DNA of 64,000 nt from Candidatus Velthaea sp. (GCA_965214935.1 CBDCCS010000001.1:106190-170189); one strand, 5' to 3'; shown: positions 19,420-29,606, counted from the stretch's first letter. Made by a program: numbers and translations. The notes: a model not told the origin generated them from the sequence alone.

Positions 19420-21965
19420 ATGCGCAACGAAAAGTCTTCTGCCTCGACCGTCAAATTCGGATTGTAATAGGGATCGCGACTTGACGGCGCGGGCCAGCGC
19501 ATTCGAACGTAGGCGATCTCTTCCATCGCGCGCCGGATTTTCGCCGGTGTATCGTCGCCGCCGCGCGTTTTTGATTCGAAGTGGAAGAGCCGCACGTACG
19601 GCAGGTACAGGCTGCGAAAGCCGGCGGCATCGAGCCGCAGGCACAAATCCACGTCGTTGAACGCGACGGAAAGCGCCTCGTCGAAACCGCCGACGGCGAC
19701 GAATTTTTTGCGCTCCACCATCATACATGCGGCGGTCACGGCACTGTAATTCGTCGGCGCTTGCAGAGCACCGAAGTAGCCCGGAGATTGCGCTGACAGG
19801 AAGCGGTGTGCATGTCCGCCGAGCCCAAGGATCCCGAGCACGATACCGCTGTGCTGCACGGTTTCATCAGGATAGAGCAACAGCGCGCCGACCGCTCCGG
19901 TGTGCGGACGCGCTGCCGCTTCGAGCAAAGACTCGATCCAGTCGTCGGTGATAACGACGGTATCGTTGTTCAAAAACAGCAAAAATTCAGCCGACGCCGC
20001 CTCGACGGCCAAATTGTTGAGGCGTGAGTAATTAAACGCAAAGTCGGCGAGCAGAACGCGAAAGCGGTCGGGTTCGCGCCGCCGCCAGTGCCCGAGTAGT
20101 TCGGCCGTCGAACTCTCGCGGCTTGCGTTGTCGACGACGAGTACCTCGAAGTTCTTGAAGGTCGAACGCGTAAAAATCGAGTCGAGACACGCGCCGAGCA
20201 GTTCGGCGCGATCGCGCGTCGGAATGACGATCGTAACGCGCTCGTCGCCGCGTAGCGCATAACGGACGGCGAAATGCTCGGACCCCGCTGCCGGGAGCGC
20301 AACGACGCGAGCCGCTTCACCGCGCCGAGTTAGGGCGTCGGTGATCGCCCGGCGGACAAGTGCGCCGCGCGCAGCTTCGGCCGGCTTGCGATGGTACAAT
20401 ACGCGCGCTTCATGAACGATCGATGGTGCCGAATCGCTCAAGCGCAACAACGCGTCGTACCACTTAGCCGCGCCGAGTTCACCGCGTAAGCCGCCGATGC
20501 GCTCGAGCGCGGCAACGCGGACCATACATGGGCGGCCGATATAATCGCGCGACAAAAGCGTCTCGGGCGACCAGTCCGGTTTCATGTGCGGCAGACGAAA
20601 GCCGCCGCGATCGTCGATCTCATCTTCATCTGCATAGAAGACATCGAGATTGGGATCGACATTGACGGCCAACGCGCAAGCGAACAGCGCATCGGCTTCG
20701 AGCAGATCGCCGCCGTCGACGACGAGGGCGAACGCGGCCGTCGACGTCGCTGCGAGCAGCGTCTGCGCGGCGGTCGTAACGCTCACTCGTTCATCGCAGG
20801 CAGAGGCCGCAACAACCGCCGCGGAGAGTGCCGACGGTAATCGCTCCGAGACGAGAACGTGCGCGTGCCAATCGCGCCAAATTTGCGCGCGTAACGAGCG
20901 TAGTGTCGTGTCGAAAGCAGCTGCATCGCACGCATCGACCGTCACGAAGATATCAAACGACGGACGCTGCGTCAGGACGGCGGCCATCGCGTTCAACCGA
21001 ACGATGTCCGCATCGCGCAATGCATGCCGCTCGCGCCACAAGAAGTACGGATCGCCGACCGCGCTGAGCTCGGCCGCCGCCGTTTCGGGCGCAATCTGCG
21101 GCAACAAATCCTCGCCCTTGAAACGCAGCTTCTTCTTAAGCGCAAACCAGGCGTTCCGGATTTGCCAGAAACGGCTTTGCTGCATGGCGATGATGACGCT
21201 ACGCTGCCGCCGCACGACGGGGTACAAGTACGCGACTTGAGCCAACGCGCGCTCGCGCGAACGGCCGTCGTCGAGCGCTGCCAGATTGTCGACGACCGCG
21301 TCGACGCCGGCGAGCGCGACGTCCCAGCCGACCGCGTCCGCACGCAACGGCCCGATGACGCGGCAGCGCGGAATGATTCCGCCGCCTAGAGTCGCGACGA
21401 GAGCGTCATATTCGGCTTGGTCGCGTAGGAGAAAAGCGCGCGCGCTCGCTAAACGCTCGCGCACGACGCGCGCAAAGCGCAACGGATCGCGATCGAGCTG
21501 CGGCATCACGATCGCCCGCTCGCCGACAAAGGGCAACGCCTGCAGCGTCGTACCGGCGTTGTACGGCGTAAAGATAAACGCATCGTACGCGTCGGCCACC
21601 CGCCGCAGGTGCGCGAGCAGGCCCGGACTGCGCACGCCTTCGTTGAGAAAGATTTCATCGGCTTGCGACGACCGGCGATCGGACGACGTCAACTCCAGCA
21701 GCGCGCGACTGTAAGCCGGCCGGTCGCGCGGTTCGACGCGAAAGCGCTCGATGGCAAACGGCTCGCTAAGATCGCTTCCGCTGCGATAATAATTATCGCC
21801 CCAATCATCGGCGGCGGATCGAGCGCAGGTCGTCAACACCACCACTCCGGCACCGCGCAACGCGAACTGCGACGCGAGCTCGAAAGCGAACCGTTCCTGC
21901 GGCTGCGTCGCTTCGCGGCCGAAAAACGGCGCAACCAATGCGATACGCCGCCCGGTCTCCGGCAT
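19416..21965 (-). CDS. Multidomain glycosyltransferase: partial GT4-like N-terminus plus tandem GT2
   Basis: N-terminal 'ELA...A.RG..V.VLTTCAR...W.N.Y'; degenerate first GT2 (VVDGGDLL, YADEDEID); intact second GT2 (IVIPTRD, FLNNDT, NDVDLCLR). Confidence 0.85.
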   Translation of the reverse strand: MPETGRRIALVAPFFGREATQPQERFAFELASQFALRGAGVVVLTTCARSAADDWGDNYYRSGSDLSEPFAIERFRVEPRDRPAYSRALLELTSSDRRSSQADEIFLNEGVRSPGLLAHLRRVADAYDAFIFTPYNAGTTLQALPFVGERAIVMPQLDRDPLRFARVVRERLASARAFLLRDQAEYDALVATLGGGIIPRCRVIGPLRADAVGWDVALAGVDAVVDNLAALDDGRSRERALAQVAYLYPVVRRQRSVIIAMQQSRFWQIRNAWFALKKKLRFKGEDLLPQIAPETAAAELSAVGDPYFLWRERHALRDADIVRLNAMAAVLTQRPSFDIFVTVDACDAAAFDTTLRSLRAQIWRDWHAHVLVSERLPSALSAAVVAASACDERVSVTTAAQTLLAATSTAAFALVVDGGDLLEADALFACALAVNVDPNLDVFYADEDEIDDRGGFRLPHMKPDWSPETLLSRDYIGRPCMVRVAALERIGGLRGELGAAKWYDALLRLSDSAPSIVHEARVLYHRKPAEAARGALVRRAITDALTRRGEAARVVALPAAGSEHFAVRYALRGDERVTIVIPTRDRAELLGACLDSIFTRSTFKNFEVLVVDNASRESSTAELLGHWRRREPDRFRVLLADFAFNYSRLNNLAVEAASAEFLLFLNNDTVVITDDWIESLLEAAARPHTGAVGALLLYPDETVQHSGIVLGILGLGGHAHRFLSAQSPGYFGALQAPTNYSAVTAACMMVERKKFVAVGGFDEALSVAFNDVDLCLRLDAAGFRSLYLPYVRLFHFESKTRGGDDTPAKIRRAMEEIAYVRMRWPAPSSRDPYYNPNLTVEAEDFSLRI

Positions 21966-23312
21966 CTACGCGGCGACCATCTCTGCGGCAACGCCGGCAC
22001 GGCGCTGCGCAAAAAGCGCTTGAGCCGAAATCTCGGCGATCGCGACACCTAACGTCAACCAGTACAGCGAGCCGACCTTCGGAAAGAAAAATAGATCGTC
22101 GAAGATTTGATGAGCCGCTAAGGCGGCGCTCGCCGCGAGCATGCCGACGACGACCGGCCGTCGGATCGTCGAACGCGCGAGCGTGAAGATTGCCGCCAAG
22201 AACATGCCGAGCGTTGCGCTCAACATCACGACGCCCCCTTCGGCGAGGCTTTGCAAATAGATGCTGTTGGCATGCGTCCGGATGCCGGGTAAACCGACGC
22301 CGCTCAAATCAAACTCGTAATTGCCCGCTCCGACACCGAAAACCGGAGATGTTTTCCATAAGTCGAGTGCTGCCCGCCAGAGCAGCGCGCGATTCGCCAG
22401 ATGATCGGCTTGCTGCGGTACCTGATCGAGCGAAAAATAGCGCGGCGGCAGTCCGGCGCGAATCGCGACGACCGCTAAGATCGCCGTCCCGGCGATGGTT
22501 GCGACGGCGAATCGCATGCCGATGGCGCGCGGCGTCCGCATCACGATCAGGACGACCATGCAGGCAAAAACGGTCGCCACGATGCCGGCGCGCGAGAATG
22601 TCAGCAGTTCGGTCACGCCGGCCAGCGCGACGACGGCGACGAGCCGGCCGTCGCGATGCAGCAAATTCCGTGCGAAAAGAACCGGGATTGCGATCTCGAG
22701 CCAGCCGCCGAGTTGATTGGGACCCTCGAGCACACCCGCGATCCGCGGCACGCCTTGCTGGCGAACGAAGATGCCCGAATGCGCGCCGATAGCATACTCG
22801 GCGACGGCGCTCAAGCATACAATAACGGTTACGGTCTGAAGCGCGAGCCAGAACGGCCGGTCGTCGGGATCGCTGGCATACGCGAACACAGCTCCGACAA
22901 ACAGCGCCGCGTACTCCAGGGTCTTAAACGCTTCGCGAACGACCGGCGCAACATGCTCGGCGTGAAGCGCACTCAACCCGATTGCTAACTCCAGCCCAAC
23001 AAAAACACCAAGCATCACGCGAACCGGTGCAGTTCCGAATGCGGCGAAGTCCGGCCGGCGCAAAGCCAGCGAACCGAAGAGCCCGATCAGTCCGGCTTTG
23101 AGTAGGGTTACGGTGGTCGGGCCGAGGTAGCGCGCATCTCCGAGCGGCGCAAGCACGATGAGCGCAGCGACGCCGTAGGCCGGACGCCGCCAAGTTAGGG
23201 CGGCGACGATGGCCGCCGCCGCGATATAAAGGACGGCACTCGATAGATCGAGCGGAACGTGCTGTTCGACTCGCAGCGCGATCGCCCAGGGGTGCAATCC
23301 GAGCGCGTTCAT
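21966..23312 (-). CDS. O-antigen ligase/polymerase-like (Wzy_C) membrane protein
   Basis: R..G....PN, LTFSRAG, R..LW..A, P.FGVG.GNY, HA.S.YLQ.LAEGG; ATG at 23312 in an ATGA overlap. Confidence 0.85.
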   Translation of the reverse strand: MNALGLHPWAIALRVEQHVPLDLSSAVLYIAAAAIVAALTWRRPAYGVAALIVLAPLGDARYLGPTTVTLLKAGLIGLFGSLALRRPDFAAFGTAPVRVMLGVFVGLELAIGLSALHAEHVAPVVREAFKTLEYAALFVGAVFAYASDPDDRPFWLALQTVTVIVCLSAVAEYAIGAHSGIFVRQQGVPRIAGVLEGPNQLGGWLEIAIPVLFARNLLHRDGRLVAVVALAGVTELLTFSRAGIVATVFACMVVLIVMRTPRAIGMRFAVATIAGTAILAVVAIRAGLPPRYFSLDQVPQQADHLANRALLWRAALDLWKTSPVFGVGAGNYEFDLSGVGLPGIRTHANSIYLQSLAEGGVVMLSATLGMFLAAIFTLARSTIRRPVVVGMLAASAALAAHQIFDDLFFFPKVGSLYWLTLGVAIAEISAQALFAQRRAGVAAEMVAA

Positions 23313-24943
23313 GGAAGGAGCGTCAGGTCGCGCGGCCGCTGCCGTTTCACCAGCAACTCGATCGCCAAGTGAACTTCGGCAGAGTCGAAGAGGCGTGCGA
23401 GGCCGAGAAACAGAGCTGCGCCGAAGCCGAGATGCTCGCACAATGAAACGATTCGCGCGATTTCGCCGCCCGTTACCGGCGGCTCGAACGATTGCACGGC
23501 TAAGAGGGCACCGACCATGATCGAACTGCAGCCGGCAACCTTGAGCACCGATCGGCCGATCGCGGTGAGATCGAAGCCGCCGACGCAGCGCCAGGCCACG
23601 CAGCCCAACGCGATCGTCTGCAACGTCTGACTAACGCTGTTTGCCAGCAATAAGCCGCGCGCACCCAGCGACGGCAGCCAAATGACCGAGAGTACGATAT
23701 TGACAATGACCGAAGCGACGGACAGCGCGACGGTCGGACGCACGCGGCCACACGCAAAGGTGCAACGCGTCAAAACGACGTTTGCCGCAAGTGCAACGAG
23801 ACCGGCGGCGGCATAGGGCAGCAGCGACGTGCACAGCAGCGTCGCTTCGCCGTTGAACGCGCCTCGTTCAAAGAGCGTTCGCACGATCGGTCCGGCCAGC
23901 ACGATCAAGCCCAACGCCGACGGCACCGTCAAAAAAATAACCAGCTGCAAACTCGTCGCGATGCTGCCGCGCATCGCTTTGCCGTTGCGGTTGGCAAACT
24001 GGCTTGCAAACACCGGAAAGATCACCGTTGCGATCGCCGTAACAAACAGCTGTTGCGGAAAACCGACGATTTTAACTGCATAGTTCATGCCCGAAATCGA
24101 TCCGACGTTGAGACCTGATGCAAAGAAACGATCGAAAAACATCGCGCACTGACCGGCCGCCGAGCCGATCGCAATCGGGCCGAGCGAATCGAGTACGCGC
24201 CGCATGGCCGGGTGCTGCAAATCGACGCGCCAACGGGGGCCGACGATTGAAAAAAAGGCCGGCAGTTGCACGAGCAGTTGCGCGACGAAACCGAGCACGG
24301 TGCCCAGCACGAGCGCATCGATACCGTAACGTCCGAAGCCGTATACGATCGCAGCAATAACCGCGATATTGAGCATCACACCCTGCAACGCTGCGGCGGC
24401 AAACCGCCGGTAAGCATTGAGCACCGCTGCAACGATGCCCGACAGCGACGTCGCAACGATCGTCGGCATCAACATGCGCGTCATCTCGACGGTCAACGCT
24501 AGGCGGTCGGGCCGGAAGTGGACGAAGAGCGGCACGTATCGGGGAGCGAACCACCAGCCCAAACTCGCAGCCGCGATGAGAAACAGTCCGATCGATACGA
24601 TGAGCGTTGTGGCTAAGCGCCCGGCTTCGACTTGACGCCCGGTTGCGACGTACTCGGAGAAGATCGGCACGAGCGCGCTGACGAGCGCACCGTTAAACAC
24701 GCCGAACAGAATCGTCGGCACGACGAGTGCGGCAAGAAACGCGTCGAGTTGCCAGCTTGCACCGAAAAAGCGTGCCGTAACGATCTCGCGAGCGAAGCCC
24801 AGCACCGTGGACGCCAGCGTAGCTCCCATGACCAGCAGCGTCGAGCGGGCAAGACGTTGTGCCGGCGCCGGTGGCTCGACTAGGCGCAAAGTGCCGCTAA
24901 TGGGCGCCGATTCCGCGGATAACCGCGGGGACGGTGCGCGCAA
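23309..24943 (-). CDS. murJ: Lipid II flippase MurJ (MviN)
   Basis: S.VLGFARE...A..FGA...DAF, ALVP.F, LVQLP, DRFFAS, NYA, LFERGAF; exact start uncertain. Confidence 0.88.
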   Translation of the reverse strand: MRAPSPRLSAESAPISGTLRLVEPPAPAQRLARSTLLVMGATLASTVLGFAREIVTARFFGASWQLDAFLAALVVPTILFGVFNGALVSALVPIFSEYVATGRQVEAGRLATTLIVSIGLFLIAAASLGWWFAPRYVPLFVHFRPDRLALTVEMTRMLMPTIVATSLSGIVAAVLNAYRRFAAAALQGVMLNIAVIAAIVYGFGRYGIDALVLGTVLGFVAQLLVQLPAFFSIVGPRWRVDLQHPAMRRVLDSLGPIAIGSAAGQCAMFFDRFFASGLNVGSISGMNYAVKIVGFPQQLFVTAIATVIFPVFASQFANRNGKAMRGSIATSLQLVIFLTVPSALGLIVLAGPIVRTLFERGAFNGEATLLCTSLLPYAAAGLVALAANVVLTRCTFACGRVRPTVALSVASVIVNIVLSVIWLPSLGARGLLLANSVSQTLQTIALGCVAWRCVGGFDLTAIGRSVLKVAGCSSIMVGALLAVQSFEPPVTGGEIARIVSLCEHLGFGAALFLGLARLFDSAEVHLAIELLVKRQRPRDLTLLP

Positions 24944-25565
24944 TGATCTCCAAATCCAGCAACGGCGTCCACGTGCTGATGTACTCGTTGTCGAGCGCCA
25001 TCCATTGATCGAAGCTCAACTGCGACCGGCCGGAAATTTGCCACAAGCATGTAACGCCCGGCTTGACGGCCAGACGACCGAGCGCATAATCATCGTAGTC
25101 TTGAACTTCGCACGGTAACGGCGGCCGTGGACCGACGGCGGCCATTTCACCCCGCAACACATTGATGAAATTCGGAATTTCATCGATGCTCGTGCGGCGC
25201 AAGAACGCACCGAGAGCATGTAAGCGCGGATCGTCGCGCATTTTGAAAACCGGCCCGTCGACTTCGCTGAGCGGCTGCATTGCCGAATGCAAGAGATGCG
25301 CGCCCGAAACCATCGTCCGAAGTTTGAATAAACGAAACGAGCGCCCGTTTTGCCCGATCCGATCCTGTGTAAAAATCGGCGATCCACCGCTTACAGCGTA
25401 GATGCCGGCCATTGCGACAAGCAAGATCGGTGACGTTACGCCGAGGACGAAGATGGACAGCGCAACGTCGATCGCTCGCTTAGCGGCAAACCATTCGCTC
25501 GGCACCGCGCGTGACTTGATGCGCGGGATCGAGCGTGCGGCGGCCGGACGCAACGTTTCGGTCAT
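24897..25565 (-). CDS. Initiating phosphoglycosyl transferase (Bac_transf, short form)
   Basis: KRAID, F.Q.R.G.NG..F.L.K.RTM, DDPR, LRRTSIDE.P, VGPRP, VKPG.T..WQ; ATG at 25565 in an ATGA overlap. Confidence 0.9.
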   Translation of the reverse strand: MTETLRPAAARSIPRIKSRAVPSEWFAAKRAIDVALSIFVLGVTSPILLVAMAGIYAVSGGSPIFTQDRIGQNGRSFRLFKLRTMVSGAHLLHSAMQPLSEVDGPVFKMRDDPRLHALGAFLRRTSIDEIPNFINVLRGEMAAVGPRPPLPCEVQDYDDYALGRLAVKPGVTCLWQISGRSQLSFDQWMALDNEYISTWTPLLDLEIIARTVPAVIRGIGAH

Positions 25566-26695
25566 GTCGTTACTCGCTGCGGCTCGAGCAGCGCAGCCAC
25601 GCGAAGCCCGAGTCGAGCTAAGCCGGAGGTCACGCCGAGATCGCCGCCCGGCGCGCTGGAGAGCTCGATGAAGGGGACGTATTCGCGTGTGTGGTCGGTA
25701 CCGGGCGCCGTCGGATCGCAACCGTGATCGGCGGTGAAGAAAAGACCATCACCCGGCCGGACACGCGCGCGTATCGCAGGTAAGGCCGCATCGAGCCGTT
25801 CGAGCGCATCGCCGTACCCTCGGATGTCGCGCCGATGACCGAACTTCGAATCAAAGTCATTGAGATTCACGAAAACCATACCGTGGTCGACGGCGTCGGC
25901 AATACGAAGCGCTTTTTCAATCGCATCGCTATTGTCAACGACGCGCACCGATGACGCGATTCCCCGGCCACAATAAATGTCGCAAATTTTGCCGACGGCA
26001 TGCACCGGAATCGCCGCAGCGGCAAAGCGATCGAGCATGTTCGGCGGCGGAGTCACGGCATAATCGCGTCGATTCGGCGTCCGCTCGTACGACCCGCTGT
26101 GTCCGCTAAACGGCCGCGCGATAACTCGGTTGACGGCGTGCGGCGCGACGAGCATCTCGCGGGCTCGCTCGCACCACTCATAGAGCAAACCCAAAGGAAC
26201 GGTCGTTTCATGCGCCGCGACTTGAAACACGGAATCAGCCGAAGTATAGAGAATCGGCCGCCCCGTGCGTTGATGTTCCGCGCCGAGTTCGGCGATGATC
26301 TCCGTGCCCGACGCGGGCTTATTACCGAGCGGGGGCAAGCCGCAGATGGCGCTAAAGGCGTCAATGACTTCGGGCGGAAAACCGCTCGCATACGTTGGAA
26401 AAGGAAGCTCCGTGACGATCCCGGCCATTTCCCAATGCCCGGTTATCGTGTCTTTGCCTTTTGATATTTCCGCTAAGCGTCCGACCGCCGCGAGCGGCTG
26501 TGCAACGGCGCTTACTCCCCGTATCGGGGTAATGCAACCGAGTCCAAGCTGCTCGAAATTCGGCATTCGCAAACCACCGAGCCGTTCTGCAACATTAGCT
26601 ATTGTATTGGCGGCAGGAGCATCTCCGTAGCTCGACGCGTCAGGTAATGCACCCACTCCGGCAGAATCCATCACAAACGCTAGAACGCGAGGCAT
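25562..26695 (-). CDS. deoB: Phosphopentomutase
   Basis: VMDS.GVG..PDA..YGD, GKDTITGHWE, YTSADSVFQ, RVIARPF, TADHGCDP..PGTDHTREYVP. Confidence 0.95.
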   Translation of the reverse strand: MPRVLAFVMDSAGVGALPDASSYGDAPAANTIANVAERLGGLRMPNFEQLGLGCITPIRGVSAVAQPLAAVGRLAEISKGKDTITGHWEMAGIVTELPFPTYASGFPPEVIDAFSAICGLPPLGNKPASGTEIIAELGAEHQRTGRPILYTSADSVFQVAAHETTVPLGLLYEWCERAREMLVAPHAVNRVIARPFSGHSGSYERTPNRRDYAVTPPPNMLDRFAAAAIPVHAVGKICDIYCGRGIASSVRVVDNSDAIEKALRIADAVDHGMVFVNLNDFDSKFGHRRDIRGYGDALERLDAALPAIRARVRPGDGLFFTADHGCDPTAPGTDHTREYVPFIELSSAPGGDLGVTSGLARLGLRVAALLEPQRVTT

Positions 26696-26763
26696 TGACG
26701 GGCGCGGTTCGGTTCACCGCAGGAGCGTGCCTTCTCTATCGATGAACGGCTGCTCGGATCCAT

Positions 26764-28545
26764 ATGCGTTTGTACTTTGTTCTATTTGTGATTTTTATCG
26801 GGCTGACCGCGAATTTGCACGATGCATCGGCTAATCCGACGACGAGTTTGGATCTGCATGCCGATCGCGTCGCTTATTACAGCAACCGCTATATCGTCAC
26901 CGGTGACGGGCACGTTCGCGTACGACTCTCCGACGGAACGTTAATAACGGCGCAACTATTTAGCATGGATCTGAAGCTCAATCGATTCTTGCTTGCGGGC
27001 AACGTTCATATCGACGGCGCAAACGTTCATGAGGTCGGCGCCGGCTTCGCCGGATATCCCGACCTCGATCGCTCGTATTTTCTGCCCGCGACCGGAAACG
27101 TTGATAAATGGACGTATTTCGGTCTCGACTTCGGACATCCGAGTAAAGGCCGGGCACAGCCCGGTGATGCGTATTTCATTCCGGATCTTAGTACGGAGAA
27201 GCCGTACATCGTTGCAGCGGGCGCGTTGATATTACCGAAAACAAACGTCAAATTCAGCGCCTCGCGCCTCTACGTACTCGGCGTGCTCGTACCGACCGGA
27301 TCGTGGGTCGAGACCTTTTCCGCAAATCCGAATTACGCTCAAAACGCCTTTAGCGGCGCAAGTTTCGATATCGGCGTTCCGTACCAGGGATCCGAACACG
27401 CCATTTCGGCACTGCACCTGCGCTATACGGGCGTCAATAAATTCTTTTTATCGTTCGACCAGCATTTTGTTTGGGGTCGTGACTGGGCGGTTTTTTCCGT
27501 TAACCCGCTCACGAACGAAGAACGGCAATTCAATCTCATTGCGTACAAGCGCGTGTCACCTAAAATGGAAGCTCGCGTCTTCGCGCAACTGTCGACCGCG
27601 CAACACGGCATTTATCGCCCGGAGGTCGCCAGCTCGTATCTGAATCTGTCCTATGTTTATGCTGCGCCGCACTCCGCCGTTTCACTCATTGCCGACCAGT
27701 ACAACACGAGTCTGCTGCAGTACCCCGTTCATTCAGGGCTGGACGATGAGCGCGCGTACGATCACCCGGCCGATGCGCAGATCGCGTGGACCGGCCGCGA
27801 TTCGCCGGTCGGTAAATTACCGCTCAACCTTCGGCTGCGCAGCGGTTTCGGAATCGCCCATGACGGTTACCATTGCGGTCCGTACACCTCGTATTGTTTG
27901 GGCGATCCACGCAATGCGACCGGCGAAAACATCGGTTTCGTATTGAACTATTTCGGGGCCGGCCGCACGCCCGTACCGACGATTTGGCAGCACTTCGCGG
28001 GCGCTACGCTCTACACGTCGACGATCGCGTTAACCCGTTCACTTGCTCCGCTCAATCTCAATATCGTCTTGGATAAGCAACGGCAATGGTTTTCGCTGCC
28101 GCACTATATCGATTCGAGCACGACGACGCTGTCGCTGTCCAAACTCTACACGCGTAAACTCGCACTTCTCGGAGCGTATTCGGTGACGCAATTAGCCGAC
28201 GTTTACGGCAAGCGCCAACGCGAATTCTACCCGGAGTTCGAGCCGATCTCACCGGACGGGGTCTTGTATCCGGGCTACGCTGCGTTTCGCGGCATTTCGA
28301 CGACACGTTCGCTCACGGGATCGGCCGTCGTCACTCCGAACCAATATTTCAACTATGCGTTCACCGTCCGCCGCGGGTACGATTTCCCGGCTCCGATTCC
28401 CGGCGTCTTCGGCAACCCGCCTTGGCAAGTCACGAACGAGCTTCGCTTTCGGATCGCGCGCCAAATTTTGATGGACGTGAGCCGCACGGATTACTTTCGC
28501 TTCGGCGGTTACCAGCCGTCGTTTAGCGTGTTGTTCGGACCCTAA
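26764..28545 (+). CDS. Secreted beta-rich outer-membrane protein, possibly LptD-like
   Basis: Signal peptide; N-terminal 'L.AD...Y......G.V' OstA-like strands; aromatic amphipathic beta-strands in the C-terminal part. Confidence 0.5.
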   Translation: MRLYFVLFVIFIGLTANLHDASANPTTSLDLHADRVAYYSNRYIVTGDGHVRVRLSDGTLITAQLFSMDLKLNRFLLAGNVHIDGANVHEVGAGFAGYPDLDRSYFLPATGNVDKWTYFGLDFGHPSKGRAQPGDAYFIPDLSTEKPYIVAAGALILPKTNVKFSASRLYVLGVLVPTGSWVETFSANPNYAQNAFSGASFDIGVPYQGSEHAISALHLRYTGVNKFFLSFDQHFVWGRDWAVFSVNPLTNEERQFNLIAYKRVSPKMEARVFAQLSTAQHGIYRPEVASSYLNLSYVYAAPHSAVSLIADQYNTSLLQYPVHSGLDDERAYDHPADAQIAWTGRDSPVGKLPLNLRLRSGFGIAHDGYHCGPYTSYCLGDPRNATGENIGFVLNYFGAGRTPVPTIWQHFAGATLYTSTIALTRSLAPLNLNIVLDKQRQWFSLPHYIDSSTTTLSLSKLYTRKLALLGAYSVTQLADVYGKRQREFYPEFEPISPDGVLYPGYAAFRGISTTRSLTGSAVVTPNQYFNYAFTVRRGYDFPAPIPGVFGNPPWQVTNELRFRIARQILMDVSRTDYFRFGGYQPSFSVLFGP

Positions 28546-28547
28546 GC

Positions 28548-29600
28548 ATGAAACGTTATGACGTTCGGCATCCCGTCGGCATGCTGTTGCTGGCAGCCGC
28601 GTTCGTCGCACTGAGCGGGATCGCGCCGGCGCAGCAAGTGCCGGCGGCGCCGGGCGTGCCGCGCGCACCGGGGCCGCCGAGTGCGACGGGCACACCGCCC
28701 CTACCCGCTCCGCCCGTCTCGGCATTTCCCTCACCGCAGGCAGCTCCGGTGCCGACGGCAAGCACGAGCCCGACGCCGGCACCTGCGAACGCCGTTCTGC
28801 CGCCGGTCACGTCGGCGGGGAGCGCGCTTATTCGCTTCACGGGACAATTACTCGACGTGCGCAACGGATATGCGTACTTTACGACGAGCGATGCGTTCAA
28901 AATCAGCCCTGCTTTGCGTATCGTCAGCCTCGACGCCGGGGCACCGGTCCGCGAGCCCACAGCGCGCTTATATGCCCGGGCAACACTCGATCCGGCCAGC
29001 GGTTCGATCGTGGAATTAGCGTTGACGAAACGCCGCTTGCCGCAAGATGCCGCCTACGTTCAAGCCTATTCGCAAGCGCATGCCTTTGTCGTGGCCGCGG
29101 CGTCGCGCACTATTCCGGCACCGGAAATCGAATACCACGGTAGCGGTAAGCCGCCGACGGGACGACCTGTTGCCGTAACGTTTTACGTGCAGATTCCGCC
29201 GACGACGCCGCTGTCCGACAACGTGTACATCACGACCGACGCCAGTGCCTGGGTGGCAAATGCGATGCGCATGGATCGCATCGATGCATTGCACTACCGG
29301 CTGACGCGCACGTATGCGTCGGGCACGAAATTTGCTTACCGGTATACACGCGGCTCGTGGACGTCGATCGAGGTCGGCGAAGACGGTCTCGAGGACGACC
29401 CGCATTTGTTCGTCGTGCCCGAAGTCGATGCAAAGCGGCTGGACAACGTCGTGTACCGGTGGTCCGATCAAAACCCTGCGCAACAGCAAGTCGGGCCGGA
29501 CTCGATCCCGACGCCGTTCAATCCGAACCCGTTCGGCACGTTTCCCTCCGGTATCCAGCATCCGGGTATCCCGGCGCCGTCGCCGACGCCGCGACCCTAG
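28548..29600 (+). CDS. Secreted Pro-rich protein with C-terminal CBM20-like domain
   Basis: Signal peptide, Pro/Ala/Thr linker, and 'VTF.V..P..TP....VYI....W...M......Y.....G....YRYTRGSW..E'. Confidence 0.6.
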   Translation: MKRYDVRHPVGMLLLAAAFVALSGIAPAQQVPAAPGVPRAPGPPSATGTPPLPAPPVSAFPSPQAAPVPTASTSPTPAPANAVLPPVTSAGSALIRFTGQLLDVRNGYAYFTTSDAFKISPALRIVSLDAGAPVREPTARLYARATLDPASGSIVELALTKRRLPQDAAYVQAYSQAHAFVVAAASRTIPAPEIEYHGSGKPPTGRPVAVTFYVQIPPTTPLSDNVYITTDASAWVANAMRMDRIDALHYRLTRTYASGTKFAYRYTRGSWTSIEVGEDGLEDDPHLFVVPEVDAKRLDNVVYRWSDQNPAQQQVGPDSIPTPFNPNPFGTFPSGIQHPGIPAPSPTPRP

Positions 29601-29606
29601 CCGATG

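Noticed and set aside
19420..19728. N-terminal extensions in the ORF track (also 5112-5174, 23313-23441, 25566-25721, 47059-47208, 49597-49746)
   Set aside because: They overlap neighbouring genes or precede better starts defined by ATGA/GTGA coupling or conserved N-termini
26696..26763. GAAGG...GAAC motif upstream of deoB, with loose look-alikes before prsA and the NTF2-like gene, as a SigH/ECF promoter
   Set aside because: Spacing is inconsistent between instances
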